Source: Candidatus Latescibacterota bacterium
GTDB lineage: Bacteria > Latescibacterota > UBA2968
Direction: 5' to 3'
Assembly (NCBI GenBank): GCA_965208125.1
Contig: OZ242320.1
Span: 5,024,001-5,088,000 of the forward strand
Length of the DNA: 64,000 bases
Numbering within the stretch: the first letter of the stretch is position 1; each line of letters starts with the position of its first letter. Below are positions 1 to 9,300 of the stretch, piece by piece. Position numbers and translations under genes: made by a program. The notes beneath the pieces were generated by a model, which was given only the letters and a program-made list of their open reading frames with translations, did not search any database and was not told the DNA's origin.

Positions 1-476
1 TAGCTGCAACCAATGAGCCTGATATCGTTGTCTTTCTCGATGGCGACTACAGCGATCATCCCAACGAAATGCCAGATCTGATTGCACCCATCCTGGAAAA
101 TCGCGCTGACCTCGTGATTGGCTCGCGCGTTCAGGGCAATAGCGAACCCGGTGCGCTGATGATTCAGGCGCGCCTTGGCAACCGTCTGGCTACCAGCCTT
201 ATCAAAATCCTCTTTGGCGTATCCTATACAGACCTGGGACCTTTTCGGGCGATTCGCTATCTGGCGCTCTTGAACTTAAATATGCGGGATAAAACTTTTG
301 GGTGGACAGTAGAAATGCAGGTCAAAGCAGCAAAACAGGCGTTAAAAATACAAGAAGTGCCAGTAAGTTATAGAAAACGCATCGGCGTTTCCAAAATTAC
401 CGGCACTCTAAAAGGCACCCTCAAGGCAGGATGGAAAATTTTATTTACGATTTTTAAGTACTGGTTTACAAGGTGA
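1..476 (+). CDS. GT2 glycosyltransferase (DPM1-like), 5' end truncated by window edge
   Basis: Frame is open upstream of 69 and contains VVFLDGDYSD (DxD), ADLVIGSR, YTDLGPFRAIR, FGWTVEMQVKA. Confidence 0.85.
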   Translation, partial: AATNEPDIVVFLDGDYSDHPNEMPDLIAPILENRADLVIGSRVQGNSEPGALMIQARLGNRLATSLIKILFGVSYTDLGPFRAIRYLALLNLNMRDKTFGWTVEMQVKAAKQALKIQEVPVSYRKRIGVSKITGTLKGTLKAGWKILFTIFKYWFTR

Positions 477-480
477 TATG

Positions 481-505
481 TGAGAGGGGTCCCTCTCATT
501 TTTTT
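481..505. terminator. Short palindrome plus T-run between convergent genes
   Basis: tgagaggggtccctctca followed by ttttttt; overlaps the zapA stop. Confidence 0.4.
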
Positions 506-792
506 GCGCTATCTATATGCTGCTCCAAACGTCTGAGTGCTTCATCGACGCGAATGTGGTCTTCTCTGCGCCGAGTGCGTTGACGCACAATTTGATTGGC
601 AATATCAAATGCAGCCATCAGTGCAATCCGGGTGGTATCACCCGTATTTTCGGTCTCGGAAATCTGGTGCATCTTTTGATTGACAAAATTTGAAATTTTA
701 GAGGTATATTCCTTCGATTCCTCACTGCTGAGTACATACTCAGAGCCAAAGATCGTCACTTTCGTCTTATGTAAATCATCAGAATGCGACAT
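496..792 (-). CDS. zapA: Cell division protein ZapA
   Basis: KVTIFGSEYVL...FVNQKMHQI...RIALMAAFDIA followed by a coiled-coil C-terminus. Confidence 0.8.
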   Translation of the reverse strand: MSHSDDLHKTKVTIFGSEYVLSSEESKEYTSKISNFVNQKMHQISETENTGDTTRIALMAAFDIANQIVRQRTRRREDHIRVDEALRRLEQHIDSAKK

Positions 793-877
793 AATATAAT
801 CAGCTTTCAGCGATTAGCGGAATGGTGTACAACTGGTTCAGGCCAGTTCATCAGCAGTCAGCAAAACAAGCAGTATA

Positions 878-1129
878 TCACGGCTTTGCCACAAGGTCCA
901 TGCGAACCACGCCATCAGTTGCGGGCACTTCCAATTCCACGATCCATCCTTTGACGGCCTCATCTCTCACAACAATTTCTTTGGCTTCTTTTGAAAGGAT
1001 TTTGGCATCTTCTGATACGCGCGCCAGCGCGTGACACTTGTCATCATCCACACAGAAATAACGCTGAATCCGCGCTTCGGGCATTCCTCCAAGTCTGGGA
1101 CATTCGGCTTCGTGTTTTTCTACGCTCAT
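878..1129 (-). CDS. Hypothetical protein (83 aa)
   Basis: Co-oriented between nadD and zapA, ATG at 1129, protein-like composition; family not recognised. Confidence 0.5.
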   Translation of the reverse strand: MSVEKHEAECPRLGGMPEARIQRYFCVDDDKCHALARVSEDAKILSKEAKEIVVRDEAVKGWIVELEVPATDGVVRMDLVAKP

Positions 1130-1169
1130 AACAAAACCCGTCAAAAGTTGTGGGTTCTCGTTTCTACTT

Positions 1170-1751
1170 CTAAAGATATAACCCCTGGGTTCTAATATAA
1201 TCTACGACAGCATCGGGAACCAAAAAAGAAATCGGTCTTCTGGTGCGCACGCGTTCCCTAATCGCCGTTGATGAAATATCCAGCAGAGGCGTTTCAACAA
1301 ACTGCATCCTGGATTGGAAAGCTGGATCAACGCGCTCTCGCTCAAAACCCGGACGTTCAGCTACGAGCACATGAGCCAGATCCAACACGCCTTCTGGATT
1401 GAACCAGTCGCCCATTTCAACGGCATTATCAGCGCCAATGATCAAGAATATCTTTGGTTTCTCGCTCATATTCCGACGCAAGTGACGCAAGGTATCAATC
1501 GTATAGGATTTCCCGGGGCGCGACAATTCAAATCGACTCAGCTCAAATCCCGGATAATCGCGCACGGCCAGGCTGACCATCATCGCGCGGTCTTCAGCCG
1601 AAGCCATAGTGCGTTTGAGCGGCGGATCCCCCGACGGCATAAAAACAACCCGATTGAGCGCACATTGGAGCATAATTTCTTGCCCGATAATTAAATGCCC
1701 AATGTGAATGGGATCAAATGTCCCGCCAAAAATACCAACGCGCTTTGTCAT
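1170..1751 (-). CDS. nadD: Nicotinate-nucleotide adenylyltransferase
   Basis: GIFGGTFDPIHIGH, SYTIDTL, IIGAD, ISSTAIR motifs. Confidence 0.95.
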   Translation of the reverse strand: MTKRVGIFGGTFDPIHIGHLIIGQEIMLQCALNRVVFMPSGDPPLKRTMASAEDRAMMVSLAVRDYPGFELSRFELSRPGKSYTIDTLRHLRRNMSEKPKIFLIIGADNAVEMGDWFNPEGVLDLAHVLVAERPGFERERVDPAFQSRMQFVETPLLDISSTAIRERVRTRRPISFLVPDAVVDYIRTQGLYL

Positions 1752-1752
1752 C

Positions 1753-2526
1753 CTAAGGTTTTTCAACGCGCAATTTGGACTGCGCTTTTTTTATTTTTTC
1801 CATCTCTTCAATGACTTTTGCTTTCAACTTCTCGGACAAGTTCTGCCCTATCAGCAATGTAAGCTCATTGAGCGCCTCATCAAGTGCCCCGGTCTTAAAA
1901 TTGACCTGTGCAATAATAAAGCGCGCCTCCAAAGCAGACTCTGTATCGGGATATTCCTTCAATACGCCTTTAGCGTAGAGTTTGGCCGAGGTATAATATT
2001 TCCACAGAATATAATCGTATGCAATCATGATTTCCTTGCGGGCCAGTTGATTGCGCAACGCTTTAATTTTTCCCTCTGCCTGAGATACGAGATCGCTTTG
2101 TGGATAGTCTTCGATAAACCGCGCAAATTCTCGAATCGCCTTGTGCGTTTCATCCTGGTCGTGATGAATATCGCGTGCATCCTGATAATAACACTCGCCA
2201 ATCTGGAACCGCGCTTCGGCGGCATAAGGACTCACGGGATATTCGTTGAGCAGGCGTTCGTATTCGAAAATAGCTGTCACATAATCTTTTTGACACTGAA
2301 AAGCTTTGCCCAATCCAAACTGTGCTTCATCTGACAAATGAGATCCGGGAAAATCCGATAGCATATTTCTAAACAACAACTCTGCGTCGTAGCACTTTTT
2401 ATTATCGAGTGCTTCTTGCGCGTCTTTGTAATAAACCTCTGGGCTCAATCGTCGATATTTTTTTTGTGCACACCCCAAATCCAACACCATCAGACACGCA
2501 CAACAGATATATAAAAATCGTCTCAT
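1753..2526 (-). CDS. bamD: Outer membrane protein assembly factor BamD (TPR lipoprotein)
   Basis: Lipobox-like LDLGC, TPR repeats, DQDETHKAIREF, QLARKEIMIAYDY. Confidence 0.85.
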   Translation of the reverse strand: MRRFLYICCACLMVLDLGCAQKKYRRLSPEVYYKDAQEALDNKKCYDAELLFRNMLSDFPGSHLSDEAQFGLGKAFQCQKDYVTAIFEYERLLNEYPVSPYAAEARFQIGECYYQDARDIHHDQDETHKAIREFARFIEDYPQSDLVSQAEGKIKALRNQLARKEIMIAYDYILWKYYTSAKLYAKGVLKEYPDTESALEARFIIAQVNFKTGALDEALNELTLLIGQNLSEKLKAKVIEEMEKIKKAQSKLRVEKP

Positions 2527-2679
2527 AATCCGCCAATCTGCATAATTCAAAGAATCGTTAACATATCGTCCTGTCTGATAAACGATGCAGATTATGTAAT
2601 GTTCCCCAGTTTCTAAAATAAAAAGGGCGCGTTTTTCCCGCGCTTCGTCTCAAAATCCTCAAACATATAAGACTTTCAC

Positions 2680-2708
2680 AACATAAGCAAACCCACCTAT
2701 CAAGTCAA
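2680..2708 (-). promoter_or_regulatory. Putative sigma70 promoter for bamD-nadD
   Basis: Minus strand TTGACT-17 nt-TATGTT. Confidence 0.45.
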
Positions 2709-2909
2709 GAATGACGCACGCACAAGTAGTAGAAAAAAGAAAAAAGACAGCTGTAAATACAATGCCCCTTTTTGCTCAAACGGAGCTTTCGGTCAAAAAC
2801 GACAAAGCCCATGAAAAATCTATGGGATTTTTTAATAGATTTTCAGGTCATATTGGTATTATATTGGGCGATATATATGTTATTGGTATAATATTTTGAG
2901 AGGTTCTCC

Positions 2910-3824
2910 ATGTCTCGCGTCCTCGTCATCGGGAGTTCCAACACCGATCTGGTTATTCGCGCCAATAAATTGCCATCGCCGGGTGAAACAGTGCTCGGCG
3001 GCGCGTTTTTTACCGCAGCAGGTGGCAAAGGCGCCAACCAGGCCGTTGCTGCAGCTCGCGCAGGAGCGCAGGTCACATTTATAGCGCGTACGGGTAGCGA
3101 TGATTTTGGCGCGCAAGCGCTATCGGCCTTCCAACGCGAAGGGATCGACACCCGATGGATTGTGTCCGATCCCCATTTACCATCAGGCGTTGCATTTATC
3201 CTCGTTGATGAGCACGGAGAAAACAGCATTGTGGTTGCTTCAGGCGCAAATGCAGCCCTGTTGTCCGATCAAATCCAGGATCAGGTCTATAAAAACGCAG
3301 AAATATGCTTGCTTCAACTCGAAATCCCGATTGAAACCGTCATCCATGCCGCATATCTATCGACAAAAAACAAAACCCGCGTCGTACTCAATCCAGCACC
3401 AGCAGCAGACCTGCCAGAAGAAATCTGGCCTCATCTATTTCTCATTACGCCCAATCAAACCGAGGCCGAACACCTCACGGGCATCCCTCCCAATAGCCCC
3501 CAAAATATAGCAAAAGCAGCCGCGAAACTCCTCCAAAAAGGTGCTCAAAACGCCATTATCACTCTGGGAGCACAAGGCGCGTTTTTGGCGACGCCAGATC
3601 AAACTTTACACATACCGGCTTTTAAAGCCACAGCAATAGATACCACAGGTGCCGGTGATGCCTTCAATGGCGCGCTGTCCTGCGCTTTAAGCGAAAACCA
3701 ATCCTTTGAAACCGCCATCCGCTTTGCGTGTGCTGCTGGCGCTCTCACCGTCGGCAAAGCAAGTGCCCAACCCGCGATTCCCACAAGAGATGAAATCGAC
3801 GTGCTGTTGACGAATCTCCCTTGA
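2910..3824 (+). CDS. rbsK: Ribokinase
   Basis: GSSNTDL, GGKGANQAVAAAR, DTTGAGDAFNG PfkB signatures. Confidence 0.93.
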   Translation: MSRVLVIGSSNTDLVIRANKLPSPGETVLGGAFFTAAGGKGANQAVAAARAGAQVTFIARTGSDDFGAQALSAFQREGIDTRWIVSDPHLPSGVAFILVDEHGENSIVVASGANAALLSDQIQDQVYKNAEICLLQLEIPIETVIHAAYLSTKNKTRVVLNPAPAADLPEEIWPHLFLITPNQTEAEHLTGIPPNSPQNIAKAAAKLLQKGAQNAIITLGAQGAFLATPDQTLHIPAFKATAIDTTGAGDAFNGALSCALSENQSFETAIRFACAAGALTVGKASAQPAIPTRDEIDVLLTNLP

Positions 3825-3849
3825 CGTCATCTCCACCTTGTCCTATATT
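3821..3849 (+). promoter_or_regulatory. Putative sigma70 promoter for the 58-aa gene
   Basis: TTGACG-17 nt-TATATT. Confidence 0.5.
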
Positions 3850-3916
3850 CCTATTCCCTTTCCCAGACTCCCACCCCCTCTCCCCTGATGCCATCCCGTA
3901 TCAGAAAGGAAATCTA

Positions 3917-4093
3917 ATGGGTTTGAGGAAGGCGAACGCGATCAGGCTCGATTTCGATGACCTCGTCAAAGAACTCGACGATTTCGAGCAAGACATTAGA
4001 ACCCTTCAGGACCGTATAGACCAACTCATCACCAACGCGCGACAAAAACCAATCAAAGCCGTTACGAGCGAAGGCGATATGGGCACGACCTGA
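3917..4093 (+). CDS. Small coiled-coil hypothetical protein (58 aa)
   Basis: RBS AAAGGA before ATG 3917, own promoter-like site and terminator; heptad pattern FDDLVKELDDFEQDIRTLQDRIDQL. Confidence 0.65.
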   Translation: MGLRKANAIRLDFDDLVKELDDFEQDIRTLQDRIDQLITNARQKPIKAVTSEGDMGTT

Positions 4094-4104
4094 ACACACA
4101 AATA

Positions 4105-4140
4105 AACAGGCGGGAAAATTCCCCGCCTGTTATTTTTTTT
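4105..4140 (+). terminator. Rho-independent terminator
   Basis: aacaggcggg-aaaattc-cccgcctgtt followed by a T-run. Confidence 0.8.
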
Positions 4141-4144
4141 CGCA

Positions 4145-4339
4145 ATGTTCTACACCACCATATTTGCCATCGTCCTCATCATAGTTATACTGACCAAATA
4201 TCTCTACAAACCCGTTGAACGCTGTCCCGAATGCAACACGCCGCGCGAATCCGATCATCCGATATGCCCGTGTGGCTATGTTTTTGAATTTCCCGACGAT
4301 GACGATCCCCTCGAATACGGTGACCCTGAAGATCAGTAA
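4145..4339 (+). CDS. Small membrane-anchored zinc-ribbon-like protein
   Basis: N-terminal TM helix, CPEC...CPCG, acidic tail. Confidence 0.6.
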   Translation: MFYTTIFAIVLIIVILTKYLYKPVERCPECNTPRESDHPICPCGYVFEFPDDDDPLEYGDPEDQ

Positions 4340-4349
4340 AGGATTCCCC

Positions 4350-5708
4350 ATGACCCTCACCGCACTCTCTCCCCTCGACAATCGCTACACGAGCCGCTTG
4401 ATAGACCTCATACCCTGCCTTTCGCATTTTGCACTAATAGCCTACCGCGTTCAGATTGAAATCGAATGGTTGCGCTTTCAATCAGAGCGCCCCGAACTCA
4501 CACACGTCCGCGCATTTACCGATGCTGAACACCAGATGTTGAAATCATGGATAGACACTTTCGATGAACAGCAGGCTCAACGCGTTATCGCAATCGAAAA
4601 AGTCACCAATCACGATGTCAAATCCGTCGAATACTATGTACGAGAACGCCTCGCTGAAACATCACTCGCCGACGTATGTGAAGCCGTGCATTTTTGCTGC
4701 ACCTCTGAAGACATTAACAATCTCGCCCACGCGCTCATGCTCAAATCCGCTATCGAAGATGTCTTTCTTCCACTGGCACAGGAAGTTACACAAATCACTT
4801 TAAAACTTTCACAAGACACGAAAAACCTTTCTATACTCGCACGAACACATGGGCAACCTGCCACCCCGACCACGATGGGCAAAGAACTCGCCGTATTTGT
4901 CTATCGCTGGCAGAGACAAATCAAACAGATTATACAACTCGAATATCTCGGCAAATTCAATGGCGCTACCGGCAATTACAACGCGCATGTCGCGGCCTAT
5001 CCCAATGTCTCATGGCATGACCTCGCCCGTGATTTCGTCAAGCGTCTCGGCCTCACATTCAACCCCCTCACCACGCAGATTGAATCGCATGATTATATGG
5101 CCGAAGCCTTTCACATGATTATCCGTTTCAATACCATCTCGCTCGACTTTGCCCGCGACATGTGGACCTATATATCTCTATCCTATTTTCGTCAGAAAAC
5201 TGTCACCACAGAAGTCGGGTCCTCGACTATGCCCCACAAAGTCAATCCCATTGACTTTGAAAATGCCGAAGCCAATCTGGGCATCAGCACGGCCCTGCTC
5301 GAACATCTATCGATCAAATTACCCGTCTCACGCCTTCAGCGTGACCTGTCTGACTCTTCTGCCAGTCGCAATATTGGCCCGGCCATCGGCCATGCGTGTC
5401 TCGCCTTGAAATCCCTCCTGAATGGCATGGGCAAGGTCGCCATTGATAAACAGGCCATTGCCAGCGATCTCGAAAACGCCTGGGAAATCCTCGGCGAAGC
5501 CGTGCAAACCGTCATGCGAAAAAACGGATATGAAAACGCCTATGAACTTATGAAAGACCTCACCCGGGGCACGGAGATTACAAAGGACGGTCTCGATAAC
5601 TTTCTCAATACCCTCAACCTCCCACAAGCAGACTTCAAATACCTGAAAAATCTAACACCTCAATCGTACATAGGACTTGCCCCACAACTTGTGGATGATA
5701 TCTTGTAA
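4350..5708 (+). CDS. purB: Adenylosuccinate lyase
   Basis: LTALSPLDNRY, TNHDVKSVEY, GSSTMPHKVNPIDFENAE; start placed at ATG 4350. Confidence 0.96.
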   Translation: MTLTALSPLDNRYTSRLIDLIPCLSHFALIAYRVQIEIEWLRFQSERPELTHVRAFTDAEHQMLKSWIDTFDEQQAQRVIAIEKVTNHDVKSVEYYVRERLAETSLADVCEAVHFCCTSEDINNLAHALMLKSAIEDVFLPLAQEVTQITLKLSQDTKNLSILARTHGQPATPTTMGKELAVFVYRWQRQIKQIIQLEYLGKFNGATGNYNAHVAAYPNVSWHDLARDFVKRLGLTFNPLTTQIESHDYMAEAFHMIIRFNTISLDFARDMWTYISLSYFRQKTVTTEVGSSTMPHKVNPIDFENAEANLGISTALLEHLSIKLPVSRLQRDLSDSSASRNIGPAIGHACLALKSLLNGMGKVAIDKQAIASDLENAWEILGEAVQTVMRKNGYENAYELMKDLTRGTEITKDGLDNFLNTLNLPQADFKYLKNLTPQSYIGLAPQLVDDIL

Positions 5709-5796
5709 TGGTAAAATGTGACCGACTTAAGGGAGGGGCTACCTGCTTGCCCCTCCCCCGGTCTGTTCATCCTGATTATTTTTTTATTCTGATCCT

Positions 5797-6351
5797 ATGC
5801 CCTTTGAATTTGAGCACCTCGACATCCCCGGCGTCATCCTCGTTCGCGCAAAGCGATTTTCCGATGATCGCGGTTTTTTTGTTGAAACGTACAAACGAGA
5901 CGACTTCGCGGCTAATGGCATCTTAGATACATTCGTTCAGGACAACTACTCTCACTCTGCCCGCGGGGTGCTGCGCGGATTGCACTACCAAAAAACCCCT
6001 CGCGCACAGGGCAAACTCATCCAAGTGCTCAAAGGCGAAATATACGATGTTGCCGTGGATATTCGCCGAGGATCCCCCACTTATGGTCAGTCGATCGGCA
6101 TTCATCTTTCCGAAGTGCGATCCGAACTTCTGTATGTCCCTCCCGGCTTCGCACACGGCTTCTGTGTTCTCAGCGAGGTAGCGGACTTCACATACAAATG
6201 TACAGATATTTACGCACCAGAGACCTATCGCGGTATTTCCTGGGACGATCCCGACTTAGACATTTCCTGGCCCATAAAAAATCCAATCCTTTCCAGGCGC
6301 GATCAAAATCTCCCCCCGCTCAAAGAAGCAGACAACAACTTTATTTATTGA
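5797..6351 (+). CDS. rfbC: dTDP-4-dehydrorhamnose 3,5-epimerase
   Basis: DDRGFFVE, FVQDNYSHS, GVLRGLHYQ, PPGFAHGF. Confidence 0.95.
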   Translation: MPFEFEHLDIPGVILVRAKRFSDDRGFFVETYKRDDFAANGILDTFVQDNYSHSARGVLRGLHYQKTPRAQGKLIQVLKGEIYDVAVDIRRGSPTYGQSIGIHLSEVRSELLYVPPGFAHGFCVLSEVADFTYKCTDIYAPETYRGISWDDPDLDISWPIKNPILSRRDQNLPPLKEADNNFIY

Positions 6352-6358
6352 GGACTCC

Positions 6359-9300
6359 ATGAGCTTGAAGCATTTCTTTCGCATATTCCCCACGCAGCAA
6401 CACACCCTGCTCCAATTGTCACAGCAACACGTCTCCGCACATATTCAAAAAATCGAAACTGAATACTGTTTCAACGTACAAATCGACAGACCGCTTTCTG
6501 CCGACCAGCAAAACCGACTCATCTATCTGTTATCCGAAACTTTTGAGGCAGATCGGTTTGCAGAACAGTCCTTTCTTACAGGGCATGGCACAATCCTCGA
6601 AGTAGGGCCGCGCATGAATTTTTCCACAGCATGGTCCACAAATGCTACGGCAATATGCCACGCCTGCGGTCTCACGCAAATTTCGCGCATCGAACGGTCG
6701 CGACGTTACCTCATCAAACCCGCCCTGAGCATGGATCAGCAGAATATCTTTTTGTCCCTCGTTCACGACCGCATGACCGAATGCCCATACCCTCACCCTC
6801 TCACCTCCTTTGACTCCGACGCAAAACCAGAACCCGTATCCGAGATTCCTCTCATAGAAGAAGGCCGCCGCGCCCTCGAAAAAATCAATCGTACCATGGG
6901 CCTGGCGTTCGATGAATGGGATCTCAATTATTACACAGACCTATTCCTCGACCAGATCGGCCGTAACCCCACCAATGTCGAATGCTTTGATATTGCCCAA
7001 TCCAATAGCGAACATTGTAGGCACTGGTTTTTTAAAGGCCGCCTTATCATTGACGGCGAAGAGATGACCGATCACCTCATCGCCATGATCCAATCGACAC
7101 TCAAAGCCAATCCCAACAACAGCACCATCGCCTTCAAAGACAATTCTAGTGCCATCCAGGGGTATCCGATACGCACTATTGTACCCACTACTATCGGTAG
7201 TCCTTCTCCATTTGCATTCTCAGACCGCAACTGCGACATCATCTTCACCGCAGAAACTCACAACTTCCCATCGGGTGTTGCCCCTTTTCCCGGAGCAGAA
7301 ACAGGTACGGGCGGGCGCATCCGAGATGTGCAGGCCACGGGTCGCGGCGCGCTCGTCATAGCGGGTACGGCGGCGTATTGCGTGGGCAATTTGTATATTC
7401 CCGGATACGACCTGCCCTGGGAAAATCCCGAATTTCAATATCCCGATAACCTCGCTACCCCCTTGCAAATCGCAATTGAAGCCAGCAATGGGGCTTCAGA
7501 TTACGGCAACAAATTCGGTGAACCTCTTATACAGGGCTACACGCGATCCTATGGTCTGCGCCTGCCCAATGGGGAACGCAGAGAATGGATTAAACCCATT
7601 ATGTTTAGTGGCGGAATCGGTCAAATGGACGCGCGTCATACAAATAAAGAGAAGCCCGAATCCCAAATGCTTATTACCAAAATCGGCGGGCCAGCGTATC
7701 GCATTGGCATGGGTGGTGGCGCTGCGTCGAGCATGGTACAGGGCGAAAACGAAGCCGAACTCGATTTCAATGCCGTGCAGCGCGGTGACGCAGAAATGGA
7801 ACAAAAACTCAATCGCGTGATCCGCGCTTGTGTTGAACTCGGCGATCAAAACCCCATTGTCAGTATCCACGATCAGGGCGCTGGTGGCAACTGCAATGTC
7901 CTCAAAGAAATCGTTGAGCCTGCAGGTGCCCGCATCGATATTCGCGCTGTGCCCGTTGGAGATAAAACCCTGTCAGTACTCGAAATCTGGGGTGCCGAAT
8001 ATCAGGAAAACAATGCCCTGCTCATCCGCCCTGAACACGCCTGTCTTTTCGACGCCCTCTGCAAACGCGAAAAGGTCATTTACGCTTTTGTCGGCAAAGT
8101 AACCGGCGATGGGCGGGTGGTAGTCTTCGACAGCAAAGACAACACCACACCCGTTGACCTCGACCTGGAAAAAGTCCTCGGCGATATGCCTCAAAAGCCA
8201 TTCAAACTCGACCGCTTTCCCCTTCGCACAGAACCGCTCACCCTCCCCGATAATCTGACCGTTAAAAAAGCGCTCGACCGCGTGCTTCGCCTCGTTTCTG
8301 TTGGTTCCAAACGATTTCTCACCAACAAAGTTGACCGCTGTGTAACCGGGCTTGTCGCACAACAGCAATGCGTGGGACCACTCCAGCTAACCGCAGCAGA
8401 CGTCGCTGTCATTGCACAAAGTCATTTTGGCGCGACTGGCGCCGCCACCGCCATTGGCGAACAACCCATCAAAGGTCTCATCGATCCTGCGGCTATGGGA
8501 CGCCTGTGCGTGGGCGAAATGCTCACCAATATCGCCTGGGCACGGCTGAGTGCTATAGAAGACATCAAATGCTCTGGCAACTGGATGTGGGCGGCCAAAT
8601 TGCCCGGAGAAGGCGCGGCACTTTACGATGCGGCCCGCGCCCTTACGGATATTCTGCTCGAATTGGGCATTGCCATAGATGGCGGCAAAGACAGCCTCTC
8701 GATGGCTGCGATCGCGCCGGGTAATGATGGCGACGAAACTGTCAAAACACCCGGCACACTCGTCATATCGGGCTATGTCACCAGTCCCGACATTACGCAG
8801 ACCGTCACGCCCGACTTAAAAAATCCCGATGAAGGCCTCATACTTTACGTCGATCTCGGCGCAGACAAACATCGCCTCGGCGGGTCTTCTCTTGCCCATG
8901 TGTACGAGCAACTCGGCAACGAGTCACCAGATGTGGATGATCCGGCCCTGCTCAAACGCGCGATTGGCGCCCTCCAATCCTGCATCGCAAAAAATTATAT
9001 TACCTCGGGACACGACCGCAGCGATGGCGGTCTTATCACTGCGCTTTTGGAAATGGCTTTTGCCGGCAACTGTGGTATTCAGATCGATCTTCAAACCCGC
9101 GCCAATGAGATTCCCGCGCTCTTTTCCGAAGAACTCGGCCTCGTCTTTGAAGTGCGTCCCAAAAATCTGACGATTGTGCGAGAAATTTTTGAAAAAGCTG
9201 CCGTGCCTATCCAGACCATTGGAACAGTAACATCCAGTCCCGACATCCAAATTTCTGTCAACAATCAGTGCATTCTCAAAAGTCCCATGCCCGAATTGCG

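Noticed and set aside
477-877. 6S RNA next to zapA
   Set aside because: Only 19 nt lie downstream of zapA, and the upstream gap (85 nt) is too short and lacks a long rod structure.
4215-4349. N-terminal extension of PurB
   Set aside because: Overlaps the 64-aa gene; the conserved PurB start is MTLTALSPLD at 4350.
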